From Citrobacter phage Tr1, in sequence record OR515479.1: DNA of 32,000 nucleotides. One strand, written 5' to 3'. Of the stretch, positions 1-9,979 are shown piece by piece (position 1 is the first letter of the stretch; each line of letters starts with the position of its first letter). The position numbers and the translations under genes were made by a program. Under the pieces are notes generated by a model. The model was not told the DNA's origin. It did no database searches and saw nothing but the letters and a program-made list of their open reading frames with translations.

Positions 1-145
1 AAGCATCTTCTTTAAATAGTTTTTGAGATTGATACCAATCTGCGCCTTCTGCACTTAAAAGGAAACCAATACCGTGATCTCGCATCAGAGTTAACTCTGC
101 TTCGGATTCTGGGGTGTATGGGGTAAAACGTGTTAGAATAGTCAT
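1..145 (-). CDS. N-terminal fragment of a small tail-fibre-linked protein, runs off the window edge
   Basis: ATG at 143-145 (minus) overlaps the stop of the fibre gene (TAATG). Reads MTILTRFTPYTPESEAELTLMRDHGIGFLLSAEGADWYQSQKLFKEDA with no stop. Confidence 0.6.
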   Translation of the reverse strand, partial: MTILTRFTPYTPESEAELTLMRDHGIGFLLSAEGADWYQSQKLFKEDA

Positions 146-1167
146 TAAACTTGTCCTACTGTATACCAGTTGTCATTTACGTACTTCTGGATTGGTCTGT
201 AATATAACCCGCTAAGCTGGAAGTTTGCACTCGTTACTTTCCAACCGTTAAGTCCCGTAACAACACAGCCCCAAGGCATTCTGAAATCGTTGCTTGCTCC
301 GTAAAAACCTTCTGCACCTAAACGAACATCACGTACCACGTTCCAAATAGTCCAGTTCCAGTTGTTAGTGATCTGGTTCTGCAAGCCAGCCTGAACGTTA
401 TTCAAGTTAGTTTGTAGTTGCCATTGAACGTTGTTGATGTTATTCTGTAGGTTAGTAGAAACTTCATTCAAACGCTGGTTTAAATAGTCGAAGCGAACAA
501 GAGCATTACCATTACCACTTTGTCCAGAGGATGTGTGTGGGTTGGTTAGCTCAATAATACCTGAATCCCATAGGTTTATTAACGCGGTTGTTGCACCGTT
601 TGTAGGATTCTTCTTACCTACCTGCATTACACCGCCAGCACCTGGTTGCGATTCTATATAACCTACGTTTTGACCACTAAAGTTACGAAGGAATATAGTT
701 GGATAATCTGCCATTGTACTAGACACAACACGAAGATCACCTACTGTGATGCCACCACCACCGTCTCGTTTAACTAGGACGTTAGGGGTTGCTGTTAAAT
801 CTGTGGCATCTGTTATGTTGGCTGATAGGTGCAAGTGACTGTTATTTGCCACTTGTGCGCTAAGGTTTACACTTGGATCACCGTTCCATGTAACTTCACC
901 TGAAAGATCACCACCCAGTGTAATCTTGGTCCCTACTATTGGTAGGTATGTGGTTGGAAGAGTTGGCATAAACTCATCAACAAAATATCGAACCCATAAG
1001 CCGATGTTGTTGAGAGTCCAGTTTAACTCTTCACAAGTCATAATCTGACCAAAATCCATACCCACGTTACGGATAGTTTCCTTTGGTCTAATCTTGTTGC
1101 TATTACCCGTACCTGGTAACTGAACTGTTTCTGTCGCCCAATCAGGGTAGTATGTAGGTCTTGCCAT
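145..1167 (-). CDS. tail fibre protein
   Basis: 340 aa ORF after the baseplate genes. Gly/Asn/Thr-rich fibre-like composition (NLSAQVANNSHLHLSANITDATDLTATPNVLVKRDGGGG) with a coiled-coil-like LQNNINNVQWQLQTNLNNV stretch. Confidence 0.65.
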   Translation of the reverse strand: MARPTYYPDWATETVQLPGTGNSNKIRPKETIRNVGMDFGQIMTCEELNWTLNNIGLWVRYFVDEFMPTLPTTYLPIVGTKITLGGDLSGEVTWNGDPSVNLSAQVANNSHLHLSANITDATDLTATPNVLVKRDGGGGITVGDLRVVSSTMADYPTIFLRNFSGQNVGYIESQPGAGGVMQVGKKNPTNGATTALINLWDSGIIELTNPHTSSGQSGNGNALVRFDYLNQRLNEVSTNLQNNINNVQWQLQTNLNNVQAGLQNQITNNWNWTIWNVVRDVRLGAEGFYGASNDFRMPWGCVVTGLNGWKVTSANFQLSGLYYRPIQKYVNDNWYTVGQV

Positions 1168-1177
1168 TTTTAGTTCC

Positions 1178-1807
1178 TTACTCTATTTGAGCTATGAGCA
1201 TAGTCATTCGTCCAGATTCATCCCCTGCTGCCTCAGTGTATAGCGAACCTAAGCCACCTATGTTTGGTGGATTATGTGTTGCATAATAAGAGGTGAAACC
1301 AAACGCTGCCCCTGCTTTCGCACCTAGACGGTAGCTACTTAGAATGGGGAATACGTTCAATAGTTGGGTAATGGCTTGATCTGATTGGAGACACAAGTTA
1401 AAGAAGAATACGTCAAATGTTTTGTTATATCCAACGTATGTATTAATAGTGTCTTTCTTAGTACCTGTAAAACGAGCAAAGATATCAATGATATCGTCTC
1501 TCGTACCAGACGATGCTACACGGTAAGCCCTGATTTTAAGAATGGTTCTATACTCTTCATCATCGGAACTGTTTCGTTCGATCCCCATCTCTTCGCCAAT
1601 AAGATCAAGATAATGACCTGTAGCCGTGGAGATCAAACGATGCTTAGCAAGATAGATCATTGACTGATCTATCTTTTGCTTTCCGCTAGAAATGATGTAG
1701 AGTATTTTGACTAAGTTTTCCGAAGACTTGAAATCTTCAATCAGGAGATCTTTAACATCCTCATTGATTGTGTCCCAAGGCATAACATGGTCAACACTCA
1801 CTGCCAT
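1178..1807 (-). CDS. DUF2612-like baseplate/tail protein
   Basis: 209 aa between the baseplate J-like protein and fibre. Contains YLDLIGEEMGIERNSSDDEEYRTILKIRA, typical of this family. Confidence 0.6.
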   Translation of the reverse strand: MAVSVDHVMPWDTINEDVKDLLIEDFKSSENLVKILYIISSGKQKIDQSMIYLAKHRLISTATGHYLDLIGEEMGIERNSSDDEEYRTILKIRAYRVASSGTRDDIIDIFARFTGTKKDTINTYVGYNKTFDVFFFNLCLQSDQAITQLLNVFPILSSYRLGAKAGAAFGFTSYYATHNPPNIGGLGSLYTEAAGDESGRMTMLIAQIE

Positions 1808-1809
1808 TT

Positions 1810-3297
1810 TTAGACTCCGTATTCGTATGAGATGTTATCTAAATCGAAAGCAGGTACTACGTTGAACTCTGGGTGAATATCACCTTCCGTATACTTACTA
1901 TCGTCCTCAGTATTAAGTTTAACATAAACACGAAGAGAAGTCAAGCGTCCAAATGCAAGTGCAGAATAAATAACACCTTTTATTTGGTCGTTCGTAACCG
2001 GAGAACCTAGTTCAAAATAGGCTTGCAAATCGTCCAGTGCTCGTGCTATATTCTGACGTTCTGACGTACTCATTACCGTTCCGTTTACTGTTTGGTAAAC
2101 AAGACGTAGAGAGTACAGAGCAGTAATACCAGGAGAGAAGCGAATAATCTCTTGACCACCATCCTCTGTAATAATGGTTACGGAAGTCGTACCATATGTC
2201 AGAGTGTTGATTGGTTTGGTATCATAAATTGTCTGAGCAATCTGTTCAGCAACACCACCGTAAACGATAATCTGGAAAGTCATCGCCGGAGCGTGTTCCT
2301 GATCGTGAAGGGTTGGGTTGTCGTAAATCTTAACTTTAGTAACACCAGGTGTCAGGGTTAAGGCTTTAACGATTGCAGCACGTGTTGCAGCGTTTGCTTC
2401 ATCTAAGTTATCATTGAAACGAGAGCGGAACTCTGCGTCAGTCTCAACGTCACTTCCAGGAGCGAACTCATAGAAGTTACCAGTATCCAGATAACCAGTG
2501 AAGGTAGAAGAGATACCAGTGATACTTTCAATACCAACTGGGTTAAATCCTGTCTCAGCACAGACAACCGGAACTTCACTCCACTTCGTACCGAGTACGA
2601 TTGAGGCATAAAGTTTAATCGGAGAAACTAGCCCTACAGGTTCTTCTTTGTCCGTTGTTGTGAATCCAACATAAACGTTACCAGCATCGTTCCAAACTAA
2701 ATCCTTGTCTCCAGGAGCAACGTGTGCTTTAATGAAGGCAGTGAGGTCTGGAATAAAGTTAGTGTTAGTTGGACTTAGTGTTAAACTATTCAAACCACCG
2801 TCTGTAGCATCTTGCACATAGAATGTGATAGTTGTTGCACCACCAGAGGTTGCGTTTGCTTTAGAAACAGTATATGCTCCAATCTTGGTGTTCAGTGCAG
2901 TTGGTGTGCTGACGTAGTATGTCAAATCGTTATCTGCGTTGAAGTATGTGTCCGTAGGGATCTCATACAGCCAAGGTGCTTTACTGTTTGTTTTGATGTA
3001 CGCATAACCGTTACCAGCCGTTGCTGCTTTACGGTAGAAACCACGTTTGGAGAAAATCTCGTCCAGATAGATACCTTCTGCACCATCTAAGGTCTGGGTG
3101 TTGTATACACCTTGCATACCTTCCCAAAGAGTATAGTCAGTATACGCAATGATACGGAACAACTGACCAAACACGGTGTCTTCGGAAGTCGCTACATCCG
3201 TACCGAAAGTATTTTTCAGTGCTGTCATGTAGTTTGTAAATACATCGTCGTATGTAGGGATTACGAATCCCGCATCCGTTAAACCATAGTCTGCCAT
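1810..3297 (-). CDS. baseplate J-like protein
   Basis: 495 aa. GVYNTQTLDGAEGIYLDEIFSKRGFYRKAAT, LTPGVTKVKIYDNP and the C-terminal sequence, plus position after the gp25-like gene. Confidence 0.8.
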   Translation of the reverse strand: MADYGLTDAGFVIPTYDDVFTNYMTALKNTFGTDVATSEDTVFGQLFRIIAYTDYTLWEGMQGVYNTQTLDGAEGIYLDEIFSKRGFYRKAATAGNGYAYIKTNSKAPWLYEIPTDTYFNADNDLTYYVSTPTALNTKIGAYTVSKANATSGGATTITFYVQDATDGGLNSLTLSPTNTNFIPDLTAFIKAHVAPGDKDLVWNDAGNVYVGFTTTDKEEPVGLVSPIKLYASIVLGTKWSEVPVVCAETGFNPVGIESITGISSTFTGYLDTGNFYEFAPGSDVETDAEFRSRFNDNLDEANAATRAAIVKALTLTPGVTKVKIYDNPTLHDQEHAPAMTFQIIVYGGVAEQIAQTIYDTKPINTLTYGTTSVTIITEDGGQEIIRFSPGITALYSLRLVYQTVNGTVMSTSERQNIARALDDLQAYFELGSPVTNDQIKGVIYSALAFGRLTSLRVYVKLNTEDDSKYTEGDIHPEFNVVPAFDLDNISYEYGV

Positions 3298-3542
3298 TAT
3301 TTGTCCTCATCTTTGCTTGGAGCACTTTTGCCCCAACGTAAATCAATAAGATTTTTCATTAAGCGAGAAGGAGTGATCATAAATACAAAAGCCCATCCCA
3401 TCCATTCTGGGATCTCTTTTTCGACTCCCATGTAAATGAACATCCCAGACATTACAACCATTCCTACTGCGTTCCAAAACTTAGTAGAGCTAACCCTGTT
3501 TCCAGGGTGAGCGCTTATTAGTCCTTTGAAGAAGTTAAGCAT
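3297..3542 (-). CDS. small membrane protein, holin-like candidate, inside the baseplate operon
   Basis: 81 aa with hydrophobic segments FWNAVGMVVMSGMFIYMGV and MGWAFVFMITPSRLM and a charged C-terminus. Translationally coupled with both neighbours. Confidence 0.45.
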   Translation of the reverse strand: MLNFFKGLISAHPGNRVSSTKFWNAVGMVVMSGMFIYMGVEKEIPEWMGWAFVFMITPSRLMKNLIDLRWGKSAPSKDEDK

Positions 3543-4174
3543 TATTTCTTTTCTCCTGCCCCAACCATTGCGGATATTAAAATATCATCTGCGGTAGTGA
3601 TACCATATCCATCCGTAGTAGCCAGGTATTTAGCGATAGTCTCTTCATAAGCCCATTCGTTCCACCAAGTAGAGTATGTACCCTTCGGCAAACCAACAAT
3701 GTTAATGAAGCGGTATAGACGGTTCGCTGCTTCAACAATCTCAAATGCTTCACACGTGATAGCTGCGTTATTCTCGCCAGCATCAGGGTAAATAAACTCT
3801 TCGGATGGTTGAGTGCTAAACAGAGATGTTACATATTCTTCACCTGCTGTCACCGTCACGTTCATTGTATAATATCGCTCGTCCCTATCGTAAGATGAAG
3901 TATACGAGTTAATATCATCAACGTAAATATTATTAGCAATCGTTGACAGGAAAATACGATCCACAACTTCTTTTTTCTTCGCTACTCCAATAATCTCTTG
4001 CAAGTATGGAATACCGAAGTTCGTATTCATGAACCACTCCCCACGAAATGTGCGGAGAGTGATACTTAATGTTTGACCTGCCATTTCAGCTTTAGTGGTA
4101 GTAAGAGTTAAATCCCCATCCGTAAAGATGAGGTCATTTCTCGCATCCAGTTTTAAATCAAATGGGATACCCAT
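3542..4174 (-). CDS. gp25-like / DUF2634-like baseplate wedge protein
   Basis: 210 aa. Starts MGIPFDLKLDARNDLIFTDGDLTLT...QTLSITLRTFRGEWFMNTNFGIPYLQEIIG. Confidence 0.75.
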   Translation of the reverse strand: MGIPFDLKLDARNDLIFTDGDLTLTTTKAEMAGQTLSITLRTFRGEWFMNTNFGIPYLQEIIGVAKKKEVVDRIFLSTIANNIYVDDINSYTSSYDRDERYYTMNVTVTAGEEYVTSLFSTQPSEEFIYPDAGENNAAITCEAFEIVEAANRLYRFINIVGLPKGTYSTWWNEWAYEETIAKYLATTDGYGITTADDILISAMVGAGEKK

Positions 4175-4176
4175 TA

Positions 4177-4914
4177 TTACCCTCCGTTCGGACGTTGAGA
4201 TTGTACCGTATCAGAACCTGCTCTAACGTTAGGTACTGGGTGAGTATGCGTATGCAGACCGATTCCACCACTATCCACCATCTTACCATCAGGAGATATT
4301 GTCAAACCGTTAAGATTGATTACACCACCTTTATAAGTCATGGTTCCACCCTGGAGAGTAAGTTTACCCCCTCCAACGTCTGTGATGATAATACTATTAG
4401 GAGTCATATCTATTCTCATACCTTGGGTATTGTAGATCGATATATTTCCATTAGGATCAAACTCTGCGTAGCTTTGTTTGTTATTTGAGATAACCACCTT
4501 ATCAGGATCAACTGGTTCAGTTGAGTCTGTAGCTGTGGCAATCTTAGGAATAAAACAGATTGGATATAAACCACAAGCTTGTTTAAACGTGCTTGAGGTA
4601 GCTGATTCACCATCTGTTTGTAGTGCATTGGAAGGATCTCGTTCGGAGAACATTACCGTTCCAATATCACCCGCTTTAATAGGGAATGAAATACGTCCTG
4701 TGCCACCACCGTTAACCATGAAAGGAACATCGTGGAAGGTAGGATAATCTATTTCATCTTCACTTGACCTGGAGTTTCTAATAATAGATTCCAGCGTCAC
4801 TGTCTTCGCACCATAGTCTACCCCCGTCACTCGGACGGGGAGAGAGGTATGCACCTCGGCAACTTGCTCGGAGATTAGACCTCGAATGGTGGTTGTAAGG
4901 TTTAGTGCATCCAT
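4177..4914 (-). CDS. baseplate spike / Gp138-like membrane-puncturing protein
   Basis: 245 aa. N-terminal OB-like domain (MDALNLTTTIRGLISEQVAEVHTSLPVRVTGVD...TVTLESIIRN), Gly-rich repeats and a HTHTHPV near the C-terminus typical of spike tips. Confidence 0.75.
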   Translation of the reverse strand: MDALNLTTTIRGLISEQVAEVHTSLPVRVTGVDYGAKTVTLESIIRNSRSSEDEIDYPTFHDVPFMVNGGGTGRISFPIKAGDIGTVMFSERDPSNALQTDGESATSSTFKQACGLYPICFIPKIATATDSTEPVDPDKVVISNNKQSYAEFDPNGNISIYNTQGMRIDMTPNSIIITDVGGGKLTLQGGTMTYKGGVINLNGLTISPDGKMVDSGGIGLHTHTHPVPNVRAGSDTVQSQRPNGG

Positions 4915-5930
4915 TATTTATCCTTCTTGATAATAGAAGATACTGAAACAGATTCTACTTCCGTAATCCATTCCCTTCCTTCTTTATCTCCAGTGTGAGT
5001 AACAGAAACAACTTTAAATCCACCATCATAGTTTCTACTCTTCAACCAAATAGTTTTCTCTGGTAGAATAGCACCATTAATCTGACAACGGAACTTAACA
5101 CCATCGGTAGGCTTCTTAGCTTTCTTAGATTTCTTCGTTGTCTTTGCAGCAGGTTTAATATCGTTGTGGAAAGGTTCTGGGCTTCCTATCAGACCAGTTT
5201 CAGGGCTGATGTATGCGCTTCTTGCACCGGACATTTGAGAACGTGGAGTTACATATACAGAACCATCTTGGATGGAAACGTTATGATCAATACCACGACA
5301 AATAGACTCAAGATAATGGGAAGTGTTACCACACATGGCTACAGAAGAGGAAACAGTTTCGTCTGTGTCGATGTGAATATTCCCTTCCGTTGTACCTAAA
5401 TCTTTAACCAGATCCGACACGATTGTTTTAACCTTAGTTCCTTTTGGATAACTACGGCTTGTTCTCGCTTCGGAAATGTTGATGCCACCATCCAGGCAGT
5501 GCAGAACCGTTCTTCTTTCTGTTCCGTTAAATGTATCAGAAACCCACTGCACCGTTCCTTTGAATATCATCATCAGTTCTTGACCTTCATAACCCACGGC
5601 TAAAGCTACTGCCAAGTTGTTACGAATGCTTCGGTTAATATAGTTAACCGTGTCATCTGATAAGTTGAAGACAGTTATTTCACCCTGATTGGGATCTTTA
5701 TTATTGTCTTTCTTGATATTGAAAGTAATCTGGTGATGCTCAATCAAATATAAAGTTGAAGAAGATTTCGTTGTACTTGAAATCTTTGTATCCAAGTCTA
5801 CAGTTGATTTAAACGATGAGTTTTTAGTTCTCTTTTGCGTGGTATCCGTTGCGGAACCAATCAAGAGTTTGTATGCTCTGTTTAAGTTGGGAGCAGGGGC
5901 TTTCGTATACTTACGCTCTGACTCTGCCAT
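4914..5930 (-). CDS. baseplate hub protein (gp27/gpD-like)
   Basis: 338 aa. ITVFNLSDDTVNYINRS...GTVQWVSDTFNGTERRTVLHCLDGG, and position next to the spike. Confidence 0.65.
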   Translation of the reverse strand: MAESERKYTKAPAPNLNRAYKLLIGSATDTTQKRTKNSSFKSTVDLDTKISSTTKSSSTLYLIEHHQITFNIKKDNNKDPNQGEITVFNLSDDTVNYINRSIRNNLAVALAVGYEGQELMMIFKGTVQWVSDTFNGTERRTVLHCLDGGINISEARTSRSYPKGTKVKTIVSDLVKDLGTTEGNIHIDTDETVSSSVAMCGNTSHYLESICRGIDHNVSIQDGSVYVTPRSQMSGARSAYISPETGLIGSPEPFHNDIKPAAKTTKKSKKAKKPTDGVKFRCQINGAILPEKTIWLKSRNYDGGFKVVSVTHTGDKEGREWITEVESVSVSSIIKKDK

Positions 5931-5944
5931 AGATCCTCCTAATA

Positions 5945-6364
5945 TTATGCTTGATCAGCAATGGCATCAATATAAACCAGTGCGAATCTCTTTTCTAATC
6001 CTGTATCATAATATCCAGGTCTACCATTCATCTTGACTGTATCCACTAGAAATAACTGTCCATCAGGAACAGAATCCAAATATTTATATGGAAGCAGAAG
6101 GTCTAAGCCGTTAGTGACTTTAAATGTCACACTTGGGGCATCCCCAGATAAACCAACAAACATTTGCCAGGCAACGTCGCGTGTATTCCAACGTAAGCGG
6201 ATATCATAATCGACACCATCTAGTGTTACTGTATATGTTTGGTCTGGATATTCTTCTGTCTTCAAATACCATGCGAAGAATCGTGAACGGTCTTGAATAA
6301 ATACAGCGTTGTAGCCAGAGTTGATTGTTGATCTACTGGCTTGAGAGTAACTTGAAACTGTCAT
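5945..6364 (-). CDS. baseplate/tail protein (hub-associated)
   Basis: 139 aa. QTYTVTLDGVDYDIRLRWNTRDVAWQMFVGLSGD. Confidence 0.6.
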   Translation of the reverse strand: MTVSSYSQASRSTINSGYNAVFIQDRSRFFAWYLKTEEYPDQTYTVTLDGVDYDIRLRWNTRDVAWQMFVGLSGDAPSVTFKVTNGLDLLLPYKYLDSVPDGQLFLVDTVKMNGRPGYYDTGLEKRFALVYIDAIADQA

Positions 6365-6366
6365 TA

Positions 6367-7080
6367 TTATCTCCCGCTTGGTGCATCGTTATTTAGGTTA
6401 CTACTTCCGGTCGCATTACCTGTACGTTCCGTCAGGTCACTCTTAGGAGGAGTGCTAACCTTCTGCTTAACTGTGCCGCCTGTGCTTTTGTTTGGCTTAG
6501 TTTTAGTTGCAATCACGTTGGTATCAGCGTAAGATACAAGTCTGATTTGTTCGAACTCTAAGTTAAACTGCATAGCATACTCAGATTCGTAATCGTAACT
6601 GAATCCCTTGAGGATCACAGTTTCAAAGATTTTGTGTTCTGTGATGAGAATGATCGGTTGACGAGATTCAAAGATCTGGTCAAGATATGTAATCGCTTGA
6701 CTAATACGGGTTCCGTTGACACCTGCACTATATAACATGTCACGCATTAAGCGGATTGGTGTCTCGGTAATAACGCCTGTCATGGTGAAGGTGTTATTCT
6801 TAATCTGAACGTGGTCGGATACATCAGCACCACTTTCTACTGGGTAACTTGTAACCTCGGCTTGTCGCTTCACACCAACTTTAGGCGCGGAGTCAAAGGT
6901 AATAGCCTGGAAGTTTTGAATGTACTGGTTGCTTGCATCATTATAAACGCTAGCTAAAATACAAAATCCGTTCTCTCCCTTTACACTTGACGAGGCGCTA
7001 GTGTTTTGTGTAGAGTTAATGCCTTGGTCACTTTCATAGATGCCACGTGTACCTGCTGCGGCTCCAATACTTGCTGCCAT
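6367..7080 (-). CDS. tail protein (hub/tail-tip-like) downstream of tape measure
   Basis: The track ORF starts at 7134, but the likely start is MAASIGAAAG at 7080, just after a taaagagg ribosome-binding site. Sequence ILITEHKIFETVILKGFSYDYESEYAMQFNLEFEQIRLV. Confidence 0.6.
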   Translation of the reverse strand: MAASIGAAAGTRGIYESDQGINSTQNTSASSSVKGENGFCILASVYNDASNQYIQNFQAITFDSAPKVGVKRQAEVTSYPVESGADVSDHVQIKNNTFTMTGVITETPIRLMRDMLYSAGVNGTRISQAITYLDQIFESRQPIILITEHKIFETVILKGFSYDYESEYAMQFNLEFEQIRLVSYADTNVIATKTKPNKSTGGTVKQKVSTPPKSDLTERTGNATGSSNLNNDAPSGR

Positions 7081-7175
7081 AATAAACCTCTTTATGTAAT
7101 GTAAATAGAGTAGGGGTAGATCTCCCCATATCACTTATTTTATCATACAACGCAAGCGGTTGTCAAGAACAAAGC

Positions 7176-7198
7176 AAAAACCCCGCCGAAGCGAGGTT
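7176..7198 (-). terminator. rho-independent terminator after the tape measure gene
   Basis: Minus strand AACCTCGC-TTCG-GCGGGGTT-TTT, an 8-bp stem with UUCG loop and U tract just before the TMP stop. Confidence 0.8.
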
Positions 7199-7204
7199 CA
7201 TCTT

Positions 7205-9151
7205 TTAGTTGCTACTTGTCGATTGACCACCACTAAGCATCAGAATCTGACGTTGGTTGTTCTCAGCAAAAGCTGTTCCCATCTTCGCATCAAGGAACGA
7301 GTTGAAGCTGTAACCATCAGGAATAACCTGAACAACGAAAGCACTATCTGGGATAGTTACGGTGTTCTCAACTGCCAGAGGTACAGGGTAGTTATTACCA
7401 GATTGCATTAAGCTACTTTCGTAACCTGCTCCAGTTTGACCAGCAATACTGTACGGATTTGGTGTAAGAGGATTTGTCAAGAAGTCCGGTACAAAAGAGC
7501 CTAAAGGCTGATTCTCTGGTTTCTGATTTTGTCCACCAATGTTCCACCAAGGATAACTACCGCTTCCATCCTTCGGAGCAGTCGTTCCATAGTATTCTGA
7601 AATACCTTCCTTCGTCTTATCTTTAGGTCCATACTTAGACATAAAGTCGGCAGTCCACGAGGTTAGCTGAACGAATCCAGTTACCAAGTCACCTGTAGCT
7701 TTACCCAAACCTTTAGCTGCATCCATGAACAAAGCAATGTTCTTCTCGAAGTTCGGAGCTTCCTTCATGGCATCCATAAAGCCTACCAAGAAGTTGTTAC
7801 CCATACCTTCACCAACAGCATTCATCTGAGTACGTAGCTTAATGAAAGCGTTACCTGCTGCAATGTTTTCGTCATTCAAGGTTGCCCCTGAGCGTTTTAA
7901 CATATCCAGCGTCTGCATGTACTCTTTACCATTGTCCATGAACATACGTTGGTAGTGCATTAAGTCATCACCCAAGTTTTCCATCAGACGACCAATCTGT
8001 GCGGAGTTCATACCTTTGGCTTGACCAGCGTTAACCGTAGCCTGTACAAAGTCTAGTGGGTTGTTCTGGAACTGAGCAATGTCATCCTTTGACCAACCAA
8101 ACTGGTTCATGATATCGTTAATACCGTTATCACCACCTTTCCACTTACCAGATTTCTCATCAAACGTAGAAGCCATCATTGAATCCCCTAAACGTTCACG
8201 AACGTCTTTAAGGTTGTCGATTGCTTTGATGTAGTTTGCGGAGTCAACACCGTTAATCTCACCCCATGTCTTGATAGTCATGATTGAGTTCGGGTTTGCC
8301 TGGACGTTCTGAGCACCTTTACTGACCAAAGTAATACGGTCTGCTGTGGTGTTTAAGCTTTCTACGATACGAGAGATCCCTGCATAGAGTCCAGCACCCA
8401 TTAATGCTGATCCTACCATAGTTGGGCTTAATCCCATAGCACCTTCGCTGAAACGACCAAAGCGACGACCTCTGTCACGCTCTTTGGCATCACGCTCACG
8501 TTTCTCGTCTCGTGCTTTCTCTCTACGTTCTTTCTCACGGAGTTTAGCTTTCAGCTTAGCTTCTGCTTCCAGTTCTCTACGAACACGGCGACGACCTCTA
8601 ACTTCGTCTTCAATATCCTTAGTCTTGGCTCTGTGTGATCTACGAATACTATCTAACTGATGCGCCATAACTTGGTTTAGACGTTGAAGAGTAATCTCTT
8701 CTGTCTTGTATAGTGCCACAGTTTTTTCTATAATCTGCTGAGCTTGACGTAGTGTACCTGTGTCGGCTCTGCTGTATTTGGAAGCTTGGTAGGAGAAGTT
8801 CTCCATACGCATACTTCCCATGTCTGCTCTCTTGCGGAGTCTCTCTGCTTCTTTATCTGCTGGAGAGGGTTTTGATCGAGGTGGAGCAGATGAGGGCGTT
8901 GAACCGCCCCCAGTTTTAGGAGGAATAGCGCCAGGTGTAGGGACGTGTTTAGGCATCGTCCTGTACATCTTTTCAATCTCCAACTGAGCCTCTTTCATTT
9001 GACGTTTGAATTTAGTCAAGTTGATTGAGGGTTGGACATTCTCTGCAAACTTCTTAACGCTTAGAATAGCATCGGTTGCTTCCTTGAGACTTTTCTTATC
9101 TACTGTGAAAGTAACCGTATTCTTGATTCGGGAAGTGTTTATTTCTAACAA
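7205..9151 (-). CDS. tail tape measure protein
   Basis: 648 aa; long charged helical region then hydrophobic/Gly-rich segments (SPTMVGSALMGAGLYAGISRIVESLNTTADRI). Lies downstream of the frameshifted chaperone pair. TTG start. Confidence 0.85.
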   Translation of the reverse strand: MLEINTSRIKNTVTFTVDKKSLKEATDAILSVKKFAENVQPSINLTKFKRQMKEAQLEIEKMYRTMPKHVPTPGAIPPKTGGGSTPSSAPPRSKPSPADKEAERLRKRADMGSMRMENFSYQASKYSRADTGTLRQAQQIIEKTVALYKTEEITLQRLNQVMAHQLDSIRRSHRAKTKDIEDEVRGRRRVRRELEAEAKLKAKLREKERREKARDEKRERDAKERDRGRRFGRFSEGAMGLSPTMVGSALMGAGLYAGISRIVESLNTTADRITLVSKGAQNVQANPNSIMTIKTWGEINGVDSANYIKAIDNLKDVRERLGDSMMASTFDEKSGKWKGGDNGINDIMNQFGWSKDDIAQFQNNPLDFVQATVNAGQAKGMNSAQIGRLMENLGDDLMHYQRMFMDNGKEYMQTLDMLKRSGATLNDENIAAGNAFIKLRTQMNAVGEGMGNNFLVGFMDAMKEAPNFEKNIALFMDAAKGLGKATGDLVTGFVQLTSWTADFMSKYGPKDKTKEGISEYYGTTAPKDGSGSYPWWNIGGQNQKPENQPLGSFVPDFLTNPLTPNPYSIAGQTGAGYESSLMQSGNNYPVPLAVENTVTIPDSAFVVQVIPDGYSFNSFLDAKMGTAFAENNQRQILMLSGGQSTSSN

Positions 9152-9166
9152 GGTGATGCCTCCGGC

Positions 9167-9927
9167 TTATTTACCAGTAGGGACAAGATTCTGCATTGCC
9201 TTATCTACTGCTTGCATAGTTTTTGCGTTGTCTCTCTTGATCTCACTATCTTTAGCGTGAAGAGCCTCAATATATTCTTCAAACGTTAAATATTCATAAA
9301 GTTTCAAAAGATAATCCACACCATAGTTATCAAGTGTGGATAATGTCTCAGAGGTATTCTTAACAACCTTGCATAAAATAACTTCATACCAAGTGAGGCT
9401 CATTGTCTGAGCAGCCACTTCAATAGCGTTTCTGATTGCAGGGTTTAGCTCTTCGCCAGGCTCTCTATTCCTTGGAACTGTGTCAACAGTTTTCCGAAAC
9501 CTCGTTTGAAAAAAGGGGAGTAGTTTACCTCCAGAACTTTAGCGGTCAAGTCGATTACTAGTTCTGGGTGAGCAAAGAATAGCTCATCAAAGTTTTCTGA
9601 TACGTTGTGACCAGATTCAGTGTAAACTTCATCTAAGATCTTACGCAGGAATAAAGCCAGGTTCTTTTCTTCAAGTCCAGAGAATAGCTGGATAAGAGCC
9701 ATAGCAATACGTGCTTCTAGGTCTTCATCGGCTGACATTTTGGCGGTATCAAACATTACCAGAGGTACAGCTAATACACTACCCAGTTCTGGAATCCTTT
9801 CAAATACTTTGGTTGGACTCCATTTTAAAATACGGAAAGTTACTGTGCGGTCATTATCAAGTGGGATTTCCACGATTTCTTCTGGACGCGCAAACTTTTG
9901 AATAACATCTTTTGGTGCTTCTGCCAT
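9167..9927 (-). CDS. frameshift-fused tail assembly chaperone (gpGT-like)
   Basis: Frame 0 from 9927 to TTC at 9508-9510, then -1 slip on T_TTT_TTC. The second frame is open to 9167 and covers the 83-aa track ORF (9167..9418). Predicted fusion about 253 aa. Confidence 0.75.
9445..9927 (-). CDS. tail assembly chaperone (gpG-like, unshifted product)
   Basis: 160 aa acidic protein between tail tube and tape measure genes, ending ...VNYSPFFKRGFGKLLTQFQGIESLAKS. Confidence 0.75.
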   Translation of the reverse strand: MAEAPKDVIQKFARPEEIVEIPLDNDRTVTFRILKWSPTKVFERIPELGSVLAVPLVMFDTAKMSADEDLEARIAMALIQLFSGLEEKNLALFLRKILDEVYTESGHNVSENFDELFFAHPELVIDLTAKVLEVNYSPFFKRGFGKLLTQFQGIESLAKS

Positions 9928-9945
9928 AATATATTTCCTCTCTCT

Positions 9946-9975
9946 TGAAAAATAAAGGGCATTGCTGCCCTTTTT
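9946..9975 (-). terminator. terminator downstream of tail tube gene
   Basis: Minus strand AAAGGGC-AGCAAT-GCCCTTT followed by ATTTTTC. Confidence 0.65.
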
Positions 9976-9979
9976 ATTA

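Noticed and set aside
2403-2609. Minus ORF inside the baseplate J-like gene, and similar internal ones (3577..3783, 8728..8976, 10718..11041, 12716..13018)
   Set aside because: Alternate-frame shadows entirely within or largely overlapping confidently called genes; no own ribosome-binding site noted.
9167-9418. 83-aa ORF as an independent gene starting at GTG
   Set aside because: The same frame is open upstream to the slippery heptamer; it is better explained as the T part of a frameshift product.
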